A stretch of 64,000 bases of DNA from Eledone cirrhosa (Eukaryota). The notes under the pieces were generated by a model. That model was not told the origin of the DNA. It did no database searches and saw only the letters and a program-made list of their open reading frames with translations. The stretch spans positions 192,138,001-192,202,000 of the forward strand of contig OZ024741.1 in NCBI GenBank assembly GCA_964016885.1. Reading direction: 5' to 3'. This document shows positions 13,542 through 25,038 of this stretch, one piece after another. Numbering within the stretch: the stretch's first letter is position 1; the number at the start of each line of letters is the position of its first letter. The position numbers were made by a program, and so were the translations under genes.

Positions 13542-13542
<1 letters not shown>
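13290..13542 (-). mobile_element. Octopod-type SINE fragments
   Basis: gacgggcttcttttagtttcggtctatcaaatccattcacagggctttggtcggcccg...gcagtgggactgaaacc...gtggttgggaagcaagcttctt resembles abundant octopus SINEs (recalled, not searched). Confidence 0.6.
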
Positions 13543-13599
<57 letters not shown>

Positions 13600-13615
13600 A
13601 TAATATATATATTAT

Positions 13616-13646
<31 letters not shown>

Positions 13647-13713
13647 ACCTTCCCGCTTAAATATAAATGCATAGCTATATACATACGTAAATGTATGTAT
13701 GTATGTAGATTTA

Positions 13714-13749
<36 letters not shown>

Positions 13750-13958
13750 TGTATGTATGTAGATTTATATATATATATACATGTATGTATGTAAATTTAT
13801 ATATATATATGTATGTAGATTTATATATATATATATGTATGTATGTAGATTTATATATATAAATGAAGTAATTCCGTCGGAAAAGTCCAGGAAAAAAGAG
13901 TGCTCTATGTAGGTAACAGAGCTTAATAGTTATATAATAAACAACATAAGGCAATTAT

Positions 13959-14017
13959 TTCATTTACCAGTGGTTTCTTAAAAGCAAAAAAATGTTGTTT
14001 TCAATCATCAGAATGAA
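13959..14017 (-). ncRNA. Type I hammerhead ribozyme (mirror copy)
   Basis: UUCAUU-CUGAUGA-stem II-GAAA-CC-ACU-GG-UA-AAUGAA on the minus strand. Confidence 0.8.
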
Positions 14018-14077
14018 AAAATCCTGGTGTATTTATTGGCATTGGATTTTAAATGCCAATAAATACACCAGGATTTT

Positions 14078-14136
14078 TTCATTCTGATGATTGAAAGCAA
14101 CATTTTTTTGCTTTTAAGAAACCACTGGTAAATGAA
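14078..14136 (+). ncRNA. Type I hammerhead ribozyme
   Basis: UUCAUU / CUGAUGA / UUGAAAGCAA..UUGCUUUUAA / GAAA / CC-ACU-GG / UA / AAUGAA. All core nucleotides and three helices are present. Confidence 0.85.
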
Positions 14137-14189
14137 ATAATTGCCTTATGTTGTTTATTACATAACGATTTATATATATATATATATAT

Positions 14190-14542
14190 GGTAAATTTCT
14201 TTAAGTCGTTTGGCAGCCTCGACAATGCAGATGGGTAAATCTCCGGGTAACAAGATCCGGTGGTGGAGAGAGAGATGTAAGTGGGTGTACGTTGAGATGC
14301 GTGGCGTGTAGAAGACTGTAGCGTGTAGAAGAATGTAGGAAAGAGTGTAAAGGATAAAAATAAAAATAATAACACGAGATAGAGTTACCTTGGGAGAGAT
14401 TTAATTGTCCCTATATATTTCGGAGAGAAGCGAAATGAGGTGGTTGGTTTAAGTAAACAAACGATGCAGCAACACACGCACACACACACACAAGCGAGAC
14501 AGCAACACACGCGCACACACACACAAGCGAGACAGCAACACA

Positions 14543-14599
<57 letters not shown>

Positions 14600-15203
14600 G
14601 CATTCTACCATACGAACATACTACACTGCCAATACAGAGGAACAAGGCAACAACACACGCACACACACTCAAGCGAGACAACAACACATACACACACACA
14701 CAGTAACATTCACCAAACAGGCAGAGAATACTATGGACTGACAGCTAGCGGCACCCCACTCCCACAATTGAAAAAACTATTTCGGCCGCCAACCTCTGCT
14801 TGACCGACCCCATTTCACGCGCACACGCGCTCTGATGAATACCTCAGATATTCAAAACAACAAACAGCGGAGGACACGTTTCGCACCTTTCCGACAGACC
14901 CCCCCCCCGGAAAAAACCCCAGTTGATGGATGTGAATCCGAAATATATAGGGACAATTAAATCTCTCCCAAGGTAACTCTATCTCGTGTTATTATTTTTA
15001 TTTTACGCTCTTTCCCACATTCTTCTACACGCTACAGTCTTCTACACGCCACGCATCTCATCGTACACCCACTTACATCTCTCTCTCCACCACCGGATCT
15101 TGTTACCCGGAGATTTACCCATCTGCATTGTCGAGGCTTCCAAACGACTTAAAGAAATTTACCTTATTATTCCACAATGCTTCAAGCAAACTTCAATACT
15201 CTC
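14190..15203. mobile_element. Inverted pair of pseudo-LTR tails (arms 14190-14424 and 14937-15163) with decayed hammerhead at 14917-14952
   Basis: ~230-bp inverted repeat flanked by (TA)n; CCC-CAGTTGA-TGGAT-GTGA-ATCC-GAAA-TATA-TA-GGG. Confidence 0.7.
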
Positions 15204-15221
15204 TTATATATATATATATAC

Positions 15222-18200
15222 ATACGAAATATAAGGAGGACTTCATCAGCAACCCCTCGATAAGACTTATCTGCCCTTCCAAGTCCGACATTGGTATTAT
15301 CAGCAAGAAAATTTTAGATAAAATCATCCCACAAATTAAACACAAGATACACCTTAAACAATGGGGAAATACGGGTGAAGTTATTGAATGGTTCAAAGAT
15401 ATCAAGAATAATAAAGACAAAAAATTTATTCAATTTGATATCAATTCATACTACACCTCTATTTCCCCTATCCTATTAAATAAGGCACTAATCATGGCCA
15501 TGAACAATAGCGACCTGACTAGAGCCCAGATTGATGTCATCCTTGCGGCCCGTAAAACCATAATCACCTTCGAGGACCAACTATGAACACGCAAGGATAC
15601 GCACAACAACTTCGACATAACCATGGGATCTAGTGACTCGGCGCAGGTCACTGATTTGGTCGGCCTGTACCTTCTTAATGAAATTCATAAGGACCTTCCC
15701 TACCTCAACGGTGGTTTGTACCGCGATGATGCACTTCTACTTATAGAATATAAAAAATTTAATATAGAAAGAACTAGAAAACTATTGCACAAGACATTCA
15801 AAAACTTTAACCTTAGTATCACCATGGACGAAAACACCAAAAATGTTAACTTCCTAGACGCCACACTATACCTAGACTCAAAAATATATACACCTTTCCA
15901 TAAGCCCAACGAAAAACTCATTTACGTAGATACCAAGTCTAATCACCCTAGATCAATATTAAACTCTATCTCTAAGGGGGTATCCAATAGAATATCTAAT
16001 CTATCCTATGACGCAAACATATTTAGCAAAACTCACAATATTATAATCAAGCATTAGCTAGATCCGGCCATAATATAGAAATTGAGTTCCTACCTAAGAA
16101 AACGCATAGCTACAACATCATCTCGCACAACATGTCCATGAGGAAACCTAATAATAGGAATAGCAACCACAAGTACACCGAAGCGGAGGGTGCCACCGGA
16201 AGTAACCATTACCACGGAAACTACTGGAGTGCCTTAGGAAGAAACAACACACCAGACACTAAAAACAAAAATAGAAGAAGAAATAACACATTTTTCAACC
16301 CTCCTTTCAACCTAAATGTCTCCACCAACATACCTAGGGCTTTCTTCTCACTACTAGATAAAAACTTCCCTCTAGGACACAAGTACCACAACCTTTTAAA
16401 CAAAAACACTATTAAAATCTCATACTCTATGACGCCTAACCTAGCATACCACATAGCTAGCAGCAATAAAAGTAAAATTAATTGTTACTTCCAACAAACG
16501 AAATCACAACAGGAGGTAAACCTTCTAAATACCTCTGTAGCAAGCGACCATAGTAACGGCAGTAACAATAGAAATAACACTAGTATAAGAAATAACACCG
16601 GGGTCGACAACCCGAATGTCCAAAATCCTATAGCTACCACCCAGACCTCTGCACTGCATTATAACCAGCAGACTAACACACAGGATAATTGTAACTGTAG
16701 AGCTAATAGAACCTGCCCTTTAGATAAGAAATGCCTAACCAAGGATATCATATACTCATGTACCGTCACAACTAGCAACTCTTCAGAAACCTATGTAGGC
16801 TCCACTTCTAACTGCTTCAAAATCAGATATAATTCGCACATCCACTCGTTCAAAAAGCACAGTCTAGCCAACTCCACCTCACTATCTAGCTACATACACT
16901 ATCTAAAAACTAAAAATAAACCTTACACACTCAAATGGGAAGTGATAGGTAGCGCGACTTCGTACAAACCACCTAATAAATTTTGTAACCTCTGTATACT
17001 AGAGACCCACAATATTATCTTCTCTAACCGCAACCTACTTAACAAAAAATCTGAAGTGTTTGCAACTTGCCAGCACCGCTTCAGACATTCCTTCCAAAAC
17101 TTTAAGCCCAATATATAGCAATGTCGGACTTGAACCAAACACCACCTCTAGCATCAAACACCAGGGGCACACCTTATACCACATACCCAACACTAACTGA
17201 TCTAATATAACACAAACAGCGGCATCCCTCTAGAACCCTTCGCAGGGCAAATACCCATTTGTACCTCTACTTTAGGCGTGACAACATCCACCCACTTGAA
17301 CTGCACTACACCGCTCTATAGGTAATTTAAGCATGAATTGATTGTCTTGTTAGTGTTGTGCGGAGGAAGTGCCATCGTTGGACAGATGAAAAACGAATTA
17401 ATCTGGTAACGCTGATGAGCAGTATGACCGGTACGCTGAGTGCAGGGAACGAACGTATTGCAAGTGGCGTATGGGTTGTACATATATGGATGATTTGATG
17501 GTCATATTGGGGTTATGAGGACTGCGGATTGACCTCTGGTCGGCCCTGGTGATGATTATCTTTCGACATCCAATGTAGCAAGCGATGACCCAGGACTTAC
17601 CAGAGATCATTGTGTGTTGAAGTGATTCTGCAATCACCGCACCTGGTCCTTTGAGTGAACTACAACCACAGAGATCATTAATTTAGAATCCTCGCTTGTC
17701 GTCTATAATATTCATTTGTGGCACTCTACGATGGGGGTTAATCACCATAATAATACGAACACCTTCAGCACAACTTAATAGACTACTCTATAGTTAAAAC
17801 ACTTTAAGTTTTAGAATTTTTTTAGAAATTGCGCATAACCATAGAAGTTAGGGTCTATATTGAGACACATTTCAATAGTTAGTAATAGAAACCTCGGAGT
17901 TACCTCCCCTTATGCATTAACTCCCCTTAGCCACACACACACTTCCGGGTAGTATTTCGATGTCGATTCTCGAAACGTAACATCCTCCTGTATTGAACTA
18001 AAGAACATCAGACTACGATTCTCTAACTGGATTGTCAAACGCTCAATATCGAATCGTCGTAGATTATGTGAGGGGCATATAATCTGAAAAATACATTCCC
18101 CAGACTATGAAAATGTCGAAGTACATGAAGTCCATATCCTTTCGCTGCGCATTTCCAATATTTTTGATATTTTTAATGCTTGCAATATTTTTAATGCTTA

Positions 18201-18810
18201 TATTACTTCTCCACACACAGACTATAACAATCATATAAAGAATTTGTCACCAAATCAACCAACCTAACACTCTTGTTTACCTACTTAAGTGCTTCTACTA
18301 CACGTAACTCTCTGCCACACTATATAAACAAGACGCACGTGCTTGCCACACATATAATCCTTTGCACTATATAACCGCTTATTTTCATGTTGTATTTTAA
18401 CCTGCATTTTTGATTGTATCTTTTAATATGAATGTAATCTCTAAGTGTGTATTGCCACTCTAAATGCTGTAATGAATGTTGACCCACAATGTTTGCATAT
18501 GTATCTGTATGTCTCTTGGGTGAAAAGGAGGTCATATAAGTGTTCATGCATTAATAAATTGCTCCGAAGAATCCAAACCTCGGTTTGGAGGAAACAGTTG
18601 TAAGCATAAAAATGTTTTGAACAGTTCTTTGATTCTTATATTTCATATAACTGCTCTGTAAATCATCTGATGTTTTTACATTGAGCTACTTAACTTATTG
18701 GTAATAAGGTAGTAATATATTACTGCCTACCACTATTTAGGGTTTGTATAAAAATATATATAACTGCAAAAGGTTTTTGTATTTACATAACCATAAATAG
18801 TATAATTAAT
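15222..18810 (+). mobile_element. Penelope-like element, Naiad-type, 5'-truncated; RT plus C-terminal GIY-YIG, long 3' UTR and pseudo-LTR
   Basis: IRLICPSKSDIG, QWGNT..VIEWF, FIQFDI..YYTSIS, FDITMGS.DSAQV..LVGLYLL, GLYRDD, SNHP, CNCR..CPLD..C, IIYSC..YVGST..FK.RY..H, CNLC..E, CQH. One TGA at 15584 and one frameshift near 16030. Confidence 0.88.
18560..18606 (+). ncRNA. Hammerhead ribozyme (CCGAAGA core variant) in the Naiad pseudo-LTR
   Basis: UGCU / CCGAAGA / A-UCCAAACC-UC-GGUUUGGA-G / GAAA / CAGUUG / UA / AGCA. Confidence 0.7.
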
Positions 18811-18855
18811 ACTATATATATATATATATATATATGTATGTAGATTTATTATTAT

Positions 18856-18892
<37 letters not shown>

Positions 18893-19413
18893 GTATAAAA
18901 ATCAATACAAAATAATTACCTCATTACCAGAGGTTTCCCGAATAAGACGAATACGAAAGAGACGTCTTCATTCGTTCGTCGGACATAGATAAATATTTTG
19001 AAAGTCTCCTCAAGAAATGCAAGAAAAATTATATATATATAGATGAAGGTAATACAATGGACATATAAAATATATAAAAAAATATTTTAAGAAATATATT
19101 TAGGTGTGTGTATATGTATGTATATACACTCACAGTTTCAACGGAAACTTCTATACATATATATATTTAATACAATAACAGAGATAGCTTAACGCTAAAC
19201 TCCGACTGGTAACCATCTCACTCAACAAACATTAGGTTATATGTTAGTATAACCCAATTTAAGTGTTTGGGTGCTAACTATATGTATTTTGTGGAAAGCC
19301 AGTATATATATATTTATATATATATATATATATATATAGTAATAATAATAAATTTGAAGACTAAAATCCAAAGAGGGCTCGATAAGGATAAATATATAAG
19401 AACCGTAGAGCAA

Positions 19414-19542
19414 ATATTTATTAAAATAACAGATTAAAGTTTAAGCAAAGAATCGCTGCTTTCACCCTTAACGGGAGTTTCAGAAGATCCCGTTAAGGGT
19501 GAAAGCAGCGATTCTTTGCTTAAACTTTAATCTGTTATTTTA

Positions 19543-19550
<8 letters not shown>
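19414..19550. repeat. Fold-back palindrome (63-bp arms, 11-nt loop) abutting (TA)n
   Basis: 19414-19476 is the reverse complement of 19488-19550; a single-arm copy lies at 60502-60570. Confidence 0.92.
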
Positions 19551-19606
<56 letters not shown>

Positions 19607-19609
<3 letters not shown>

Positions 19610-19801
19610 AACGAGTAGGACCCCGACGGCTGAGCTCAAGCCGTTTCGACGGCTAATTCTGGACTGTCCAGAATTAGCCGTCGAAACGGCTTGAGCTCAG
19701 CCGTCGGGGCCTTACTTGTTCCTATTACCCACTCTACTACCCTAAGTATTGAGTACTTTGGTGCGTTATGGTCCACCTGGTTCCTTACCACATTTCCTTC
19801 G

Positions 19802-19802
<1 letters not shown>
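19607..19802 (+). mobile_element. Hairpin-headed pseudo-LTR fragment in (TA)n, copy 1
   Basis: Palindrome centred on 19665. The arm contains the hammerhead 3' half GAAA-CGGCU-UGAGCUC-AGCCG-UC-GGGG. Confidence 0.8.
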
Positions 19803-19873
<71 letters not shown>

Positions 19874-20502
19874 CTACATACATACATATATACATACATT
19901 TACGTATGTATATAGCTATGCATTTATACATTTGTATATATACATGCATTTATATTTAAGTGTATAAGGATGTTGATATGATCTATGTGTTCTTTTTTGG
20001 TAAGGAGAACAATTTTGTCGCCAGGTTTTATTACCTAGGGACATTAAATACCACACTGGCTGAAAACTGACCGGGTTCTCAACCTCATCAAACACTAATG
20101 CCGGCCTGTGTGTGGAGATATGTGTGTGTGTGTATGTATGTATGTGTGTGTATATTCACCACCATTGCTTCTTTTTGATGTCATTTCTGTTGAAGTAGTC
20201 CTTATTTTCATTCTCTTTGATTTCTTTTGATTTTCTTTTATATCCCTAGGGAATTCGTTGACAAGCTTCTTTTATTATTTTCTTCATTTTCTTCATTCAA
20301 ATCCATTCACACTGGCTGTCTAAGAGACGTACAAATATGACTTATACAACTTACCAAACTAAAGGGGCTTCTAACGCCCCCAAAGTTTCAAACATCCCCC
20401 TAACGCCCCCTTAATGCAAAACGACCCCCCCCCCCCCTGGAGCTAAGAAACACCCCCGGGGGGGGAGGGGGGGGGCATATGTCCCTCCGTTGAGAACCTT
20501 TG

Positions 20503-21590
20503 GTCTAGAACTTTGTGGTAGAGAATGGTTTCCAAATATCCCATGGCAGTCCCAAATTTCTGTCTGTAGTATTTGGCATCAAATTCGAAGAAGTTGTTTT
20601 CCAAGATGAATTTGACCCCCTCCAACACAAATTATTTAGGGATGCGCTGTGGAAGTTCACTAGCGAAATTTTCAAGCCAGAATTGTATTGCCTCTATACC
20701 TAGGTTGTGTGGGATATTGGAATATAGATTGATGATATCAAAGGTTACTAGTAGGGTATGTTCATTATTAAGTGTTGTTGGGAGGTGGTTGAGCATGTCA
20801 AGGTCGTCCCTTATGAAGCTTTTTATGTGTTTTATGAAAGGTTTAAGCAGAATATTAGGAAGTTGCTTAGGCAGTGGGTTTCACATGTGGTACCTACTAT
20901 TATGGATCTTAATTTAAGGTCATCAGGAGGGGGTATATTGATGTAAATGTCTGTGGTTTGCTTGCAGGCCCTGCCTATTACTTCGCTTTTGTGTGCCTTT
21001 GGGATACCGTAAAAAAAGCTGGTTCTGCTTTTGAAATTGGTGATGTAGTTGTATTCCTTGTCGGTAAGGCCTTCTTTGTAAAGGGTTGTTTGGGATTTTA
21101 GGTTTCTCATTATTTTCTGTTGTGTGTAGTGTTGGGCCTTTTCGTAATATGTTTGGTTTTCTAGAGTTGAGAGTACTAGAGTTGTGTAGTAATCTGTCCT
21201 CATAAGGACTACTGCACTCCCTTTATCCGCCTCCTTGATTGTTAGGGTTTTGTCGTTCTTTAGACTGTTAAGACCATTCCATTCCTTTTTGCTTGGGTTT
21301 GGTTTTTGTTTATGTCTGTGTAGGTGGTGGTATGGGTAATTAGTAATCTGTTCGTAGAATTGATCGAGGAATTTGTTCTTGCCTTTTGGTGGGGTATAGT
21401 TGCTTCTATTTCTGGCTATTGAGTCATCCTCATTGGATTTGTTGTATAGTTGCTCGCTGAGTCTTAGTTATCTACAGAATTCTGCAATGTCTTCCTTCAT
21501 TTCGGGGTAGTTTGATCGTTGGGGAGTTGGTGTAAATTTCAGACCTTTGGAGAGTATGTTGATTTGGTCTGTTGTTAAATTAACGATTTT
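20503..21590 (-). mobile_element. Penelope-like element (Neptune-type), 5' part of RT; joins 3586 across the hAT insertion
   Basis: IKEADKGSAVVLM, FYGIPKAHKS, LKLRSII, VTFDIINLYSNIPH, ILENNFFEF..YYRQKFGTAMG. Reads YHKVLD|KCGNH.. when the hAT is removed. Confidence 0.92.
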
Positions 21591-21604
21591 TATTACATTT
21601 TGTG

Positions 21605-21933
21605 TCTCAGACCGAGTGATGTGTTGTTTCCTTGAGCAAGACACTTTATTTCACATTGCTCCAGTTTACTCAGCTGTAGAAATGAGATGATAGGACTGGG
21701 GTCCCTATCATTCCACTGCAAAGTGGTCGTGGAGGTGCCGCGGCAAAAAAAGCACCCAGCCCATACTGTAAAGTGGATGTGTAGGCGGAAAAAAAAAGCA
21801 TCCAGCACTCACTGTAAATGAGGTTGGTGTTAGGAAGGGCATCCAGCTGTAGAAATCAAGCCAGAATCAGTTCCCGTCCCAGCCTTGCAAGCAGGGAAAA
21901 GCGGACGTAAAATGATGATGATGATGATGATGA
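21605..21933 (+). mobile_element. tRNA-derived SINE with CORE-like body and RTE-type tail (5'-truncated)
   Basis: Matches 47482-47790; the tail ..GGAAAAGCGGACGTAAAA(TGA)n is shared with the RTE end near 53815. Confidence 0.8.
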
Positions 21934-22045
21934 TATATATATATATATGTTAAAAACAAAAAAACAAAAACAATAACGAAGAGTGCAGTACAAACAGTGT
22001 AGGTATTAGGTTCACGCTTGAGAGTGTGTTGGGGGGGGGGGGGGG

Positions 22046-22080
22046 GAACTACGTTTCGGGCATAAGCCCTTCATCAGGAG
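22046..22080 (-). ncRNA. Minimal hammerhead in a Penelope pseudo-LTR (helix I decayed)
   Basis: CUGAUGA-A-GGGC-UUAU-GCCC-GAAA-CG-UA. Confidence 0.6.
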
Positions 22081-22285
22081 AAAAGTTGGAAGGAAAAGAG
22101 CTCCGATTGTGTGAGGGGGAACGGTGGAAAGGCATTAAAAGGAGAGGGTATTAAAGGGAAGGGAAACATTTTAAAATGAAAACAAGTGGTGAAATGGTGT
22201 GAGGCGTGTAGAAGTGGTGATGGATGGAGGGGGAGAAGGAAACAGGGGGTCTGAACGGGGAGAGCGGAAAGTGGTGTGTGTGTAG

Positions 22286-22318
<33 letters not shown>

Positions 22319-22682
22319 GATGAGAGTGTGAGAGTTTGGGGAAGAACGAGGCTCCATGTTCATAATGATGATAAACGTACATATTACTTGACCTCTGATA
22401 CCAGCTTCCTGGGAGGCAATATCCACATGGCTGATCATAAATCAACCTCATATACACACCCTTCTAACTATAAGGTTATTATAAATACAACGACTTAGGA
22501 AACCTAAAGGCAGACCCGAAGCAGCAGTCAGCGAGTGATAACGATTTAGGCATCAGCAAACCTTTTACCCTTTCTCTCTCCTGGCCCTTACTGGCTCTCA
22601 CATTATCGGCCACAGACACAGCCAGACAGCCAGCCATGCCTGCCTGACAGATTGACCACTACGACAATATTGTATTCTAAGA

Positions 22683-22748
<66 letters not shown>

Positions 22749-22965
22749 TAAGTTCATATTGTTTACATTCTATTCTTTCTGTCATATTGTTATTGTAAAA
22801 TAAACGTTGTTAACAACACAATCATGGCATTATTCTTTTCATCAAAACATCCACACTAAGAATAACAACTTATCCACTACACACATATATATATAGTGTA
22901 GTGAATTTCATCAAAAATTTCAAATCCACAGTTGGCGGAGCACTCAGTCCAAGAGACGAGTTGTA

Positions 22966-23112
22966 ATATACAAAATTAGGTAAAATTCACAACAGTTTCA
23001 TCTGTTGTATACATGAGTTTAGTTGTGGAATTATTTCCGCAGCTCATCAGTCTAACATCCTGCGGAAATAATTCCACAACGATAGATGTGAATTTAATCT
23101 AATTTTGTATAT
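22966..23112. repeat. Imperfect fold-back with a hammerhead core remnant in the loop
   Basis: Outer ~27-bp and inner 21-bp inverted repeats; TCATCAG in the loop and TTTC in the left arm. Confidence 0.6.
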
Positions 23113-23115
23113 ATA

Positions 23116-24114
23116 TTTAACGAAGGGTATTAGTAGTTGTTAGAATGAAAGAACATGGTTGTTAGATGAAATAACAAGAATAACTGATTTACTTCATATA
23201 TTAAAAGGTTTACTTCACTTCAGTCAAAAAGAACAATAAACAAGTTACCATGAGTTGCGCAGGTTGACAATGTTATTTTGTTGTTGGTTTATGAGGCTGG
23301 TGTAGTCTGAGACCAGGAGAGAGAGAGAGAGAGAGAGAGAGAGTAATGGTCTGTAGACCTCTGCGGCCTTATATAGCTTGTTGCTAGCGTAATGCTCCGA
23401 TCTCTCTGTATAAACGTGGTATGATACAGGCTTTATATACCTGTCGCTTTCTGTCCCCTGCCTCGAGGGATCGCTTACGCATCAACTTGTTAACGCCAAA
23501 AGGGTGGTGACCTAGAGTTTGACTTTTAGGTGTCACCCAAGGTTCAAGGCGTGGACAGATTTCGCTACATTAGTTCCCTACCCAGATCGATGCAGGAGCA
23601 GCGATCGACTACAAAAGGGGTAGCGAAATCTGATTCCAGAAGCGTGTCCCAAAACACACAAAATGTGGGTACTGCGGCCGCATTTCGAGTGCAGAGAAAT
23701 TTGGAGAGAGAGAAAAAAATCGTATAACTGTGTATGCATGTGTGTGTGTAACATTTAGAAGAAACTGTAAATTTACAAAGTTGTGATCATGTATTTCGAA
23801 CTGTTGTGTATGGATGGCTGAACGTTCGGGGTTGCGGTATCAGATTACGATATGACAACACAGGACTATTTCTCTCGATGTATTATCATACGCAAGATGC
23901 TTTTCCAGTGAGTCGAGGTTTATACTATGACATGAGTGTGTGCAATTTTGAGTTGCGTGCCTGAGTGAGTCCAGGCGTGTACCCGTGGGTTGTTTCTCAT
24001 GTGTTTAATAGCTGTTGCCGAACCTCGACCCGTTGAAAAGTGATCTCGCAGAAACCCAACCGAATCAAGAATATACCATAGACAAGGTTCAAGGCGTGGA
24101 CAGGTTTCGCTACA
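23116..24114 (-). mobile_element. Deleted LTR retrotransposon: ~32-bp 5' LTR stub, internal remnant, PPT, full 3' LTR (23116-23569)
   Basis: TGTAGCGAAA.CTGTCCACGCCTTGAACC at 24114 and 23569; PPT GGGTAGGGAACTAA; TATA on both flanks. Confidence 0.75.
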
Positions 24115-24221
24115 TATATGGTATGGAGTCGTAGGGGAATATAGTGTTTCTTAGGTATGTTAAGCATGGCGGAGCCCATCCCTCTCCAGGCCTAATTTAT
24201 ATATATTTATTTATATATATA

Positions 24222-24930
24222 TTAGCTGTGTATCCCGGCATTGCACGGGTAAGAACATTGGTAATAGCACCTCCAATGAGAAACGTTTATTTGTGAGTGC
24301 CTGTTAAAAACTCACGAAAATATACCGACAGGAAACTTGTTTTATTTGGAGAAAATTAAGAAGTCGAAAGTACAGTTTAGCTGTCTACGTGCATTGTTCA
24401 TAGAAATATTGTTGAGCCCCTTCTTTTCATACTCCTCTGTTTTGGCCTTTTGGAGTAAATGTGAAAGAGAAAGTTACAGGTTAAGTTGGCAGAAGGTTCC
24501 AGTGTCATAGCAGTAAGGCATAGACTATTTACCTCAAAAGTTCATTCGCACTCTTGCCACTAAGTTATTCTTTCTCTCTATCCCTCTCGGTGCAGTCCCT
24601 TGCGAATTTCTCGCGTAGGTCTGGTGTAGATTTGCAGTCGATCCATCTGCCCGATGCACATGTCCGTTTTGTACGGCTTTTGGAGGAAGGAGTGACTAGC
24701 AGTACGTTGTTCGGTATTATTACGAAAAGGTGTAGCAGAGAATCCCGCGTGAACTAACAGCTCGGGAGGAAACTGCTTACCTCGAAGATTCATTCGCCAT
24801 CGTTCTTGTCAACGCTCCATTTAGTTGGTATTTGTTGGTCTACAGTTAGATGAATGGGGCACAAAGGGTTAATGTTTATTGGCAAGAGGTTTTTTGAATA
24901 ATAAAAGACGGGTTAAAGCGACCTACAATG
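24222..24930 (-). mobile_element. Helitron-like fragment with 3' end
   Basis: Minus: CCCGTGCAATGCCGGG hairpin then ATACACAGCTAA-T, like the ends at 60434 and 60871. The right boundary is uncertain. Confidence 0.55.
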
Positions 24931-24945
24931 TATTTGTGTGCGTGC

Positions 24946-25036
<91 letters not shown>

Positions 25037-25038
25037 TA

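Larger units (their letters stand above)
13935..14160. repeat. Fold-back palindrome (109-bp arms, 8-nt loop) of a Penelope-type pseudo-LTR
   Basis: 13935-14043 is the reverse complement of 14052-14160 (one mismatch seen). Confidence 0.95.
3587..20502 (-). mobile_element. hAT (Buster/Charlie) transposon swollen by nested insertions
   Basis: TIRs CAAAGATTCTCAAC (3587-3600) and GTTGAGAACCTTTG (20489-20502). Perfect 8-bp TSD GTCTAGAA (3579-3586 / 20503-20510) fits the NTCTAGAN Buster target. Confidence 0.92.

Noticed and set aside
15584-15586. In-frame TGA in the Naiad RT as selenocysteine (some Naiads encode selenoproteins)
   Set aside because: It falls at a position that is normally Trp (TGG>TGA), the copy also has a frameshift, and no convincing SECIS was seen.
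17410-17460. CTGATGA as another hammerhead
   Set aside because: No GAAA/UH or helix I in register.
20410-20439. Partner TIR for the hAT end at 11973
   Set aside because: Only loose similarity and no 8-bp TSD; better explained as Buster subterminal repeats.
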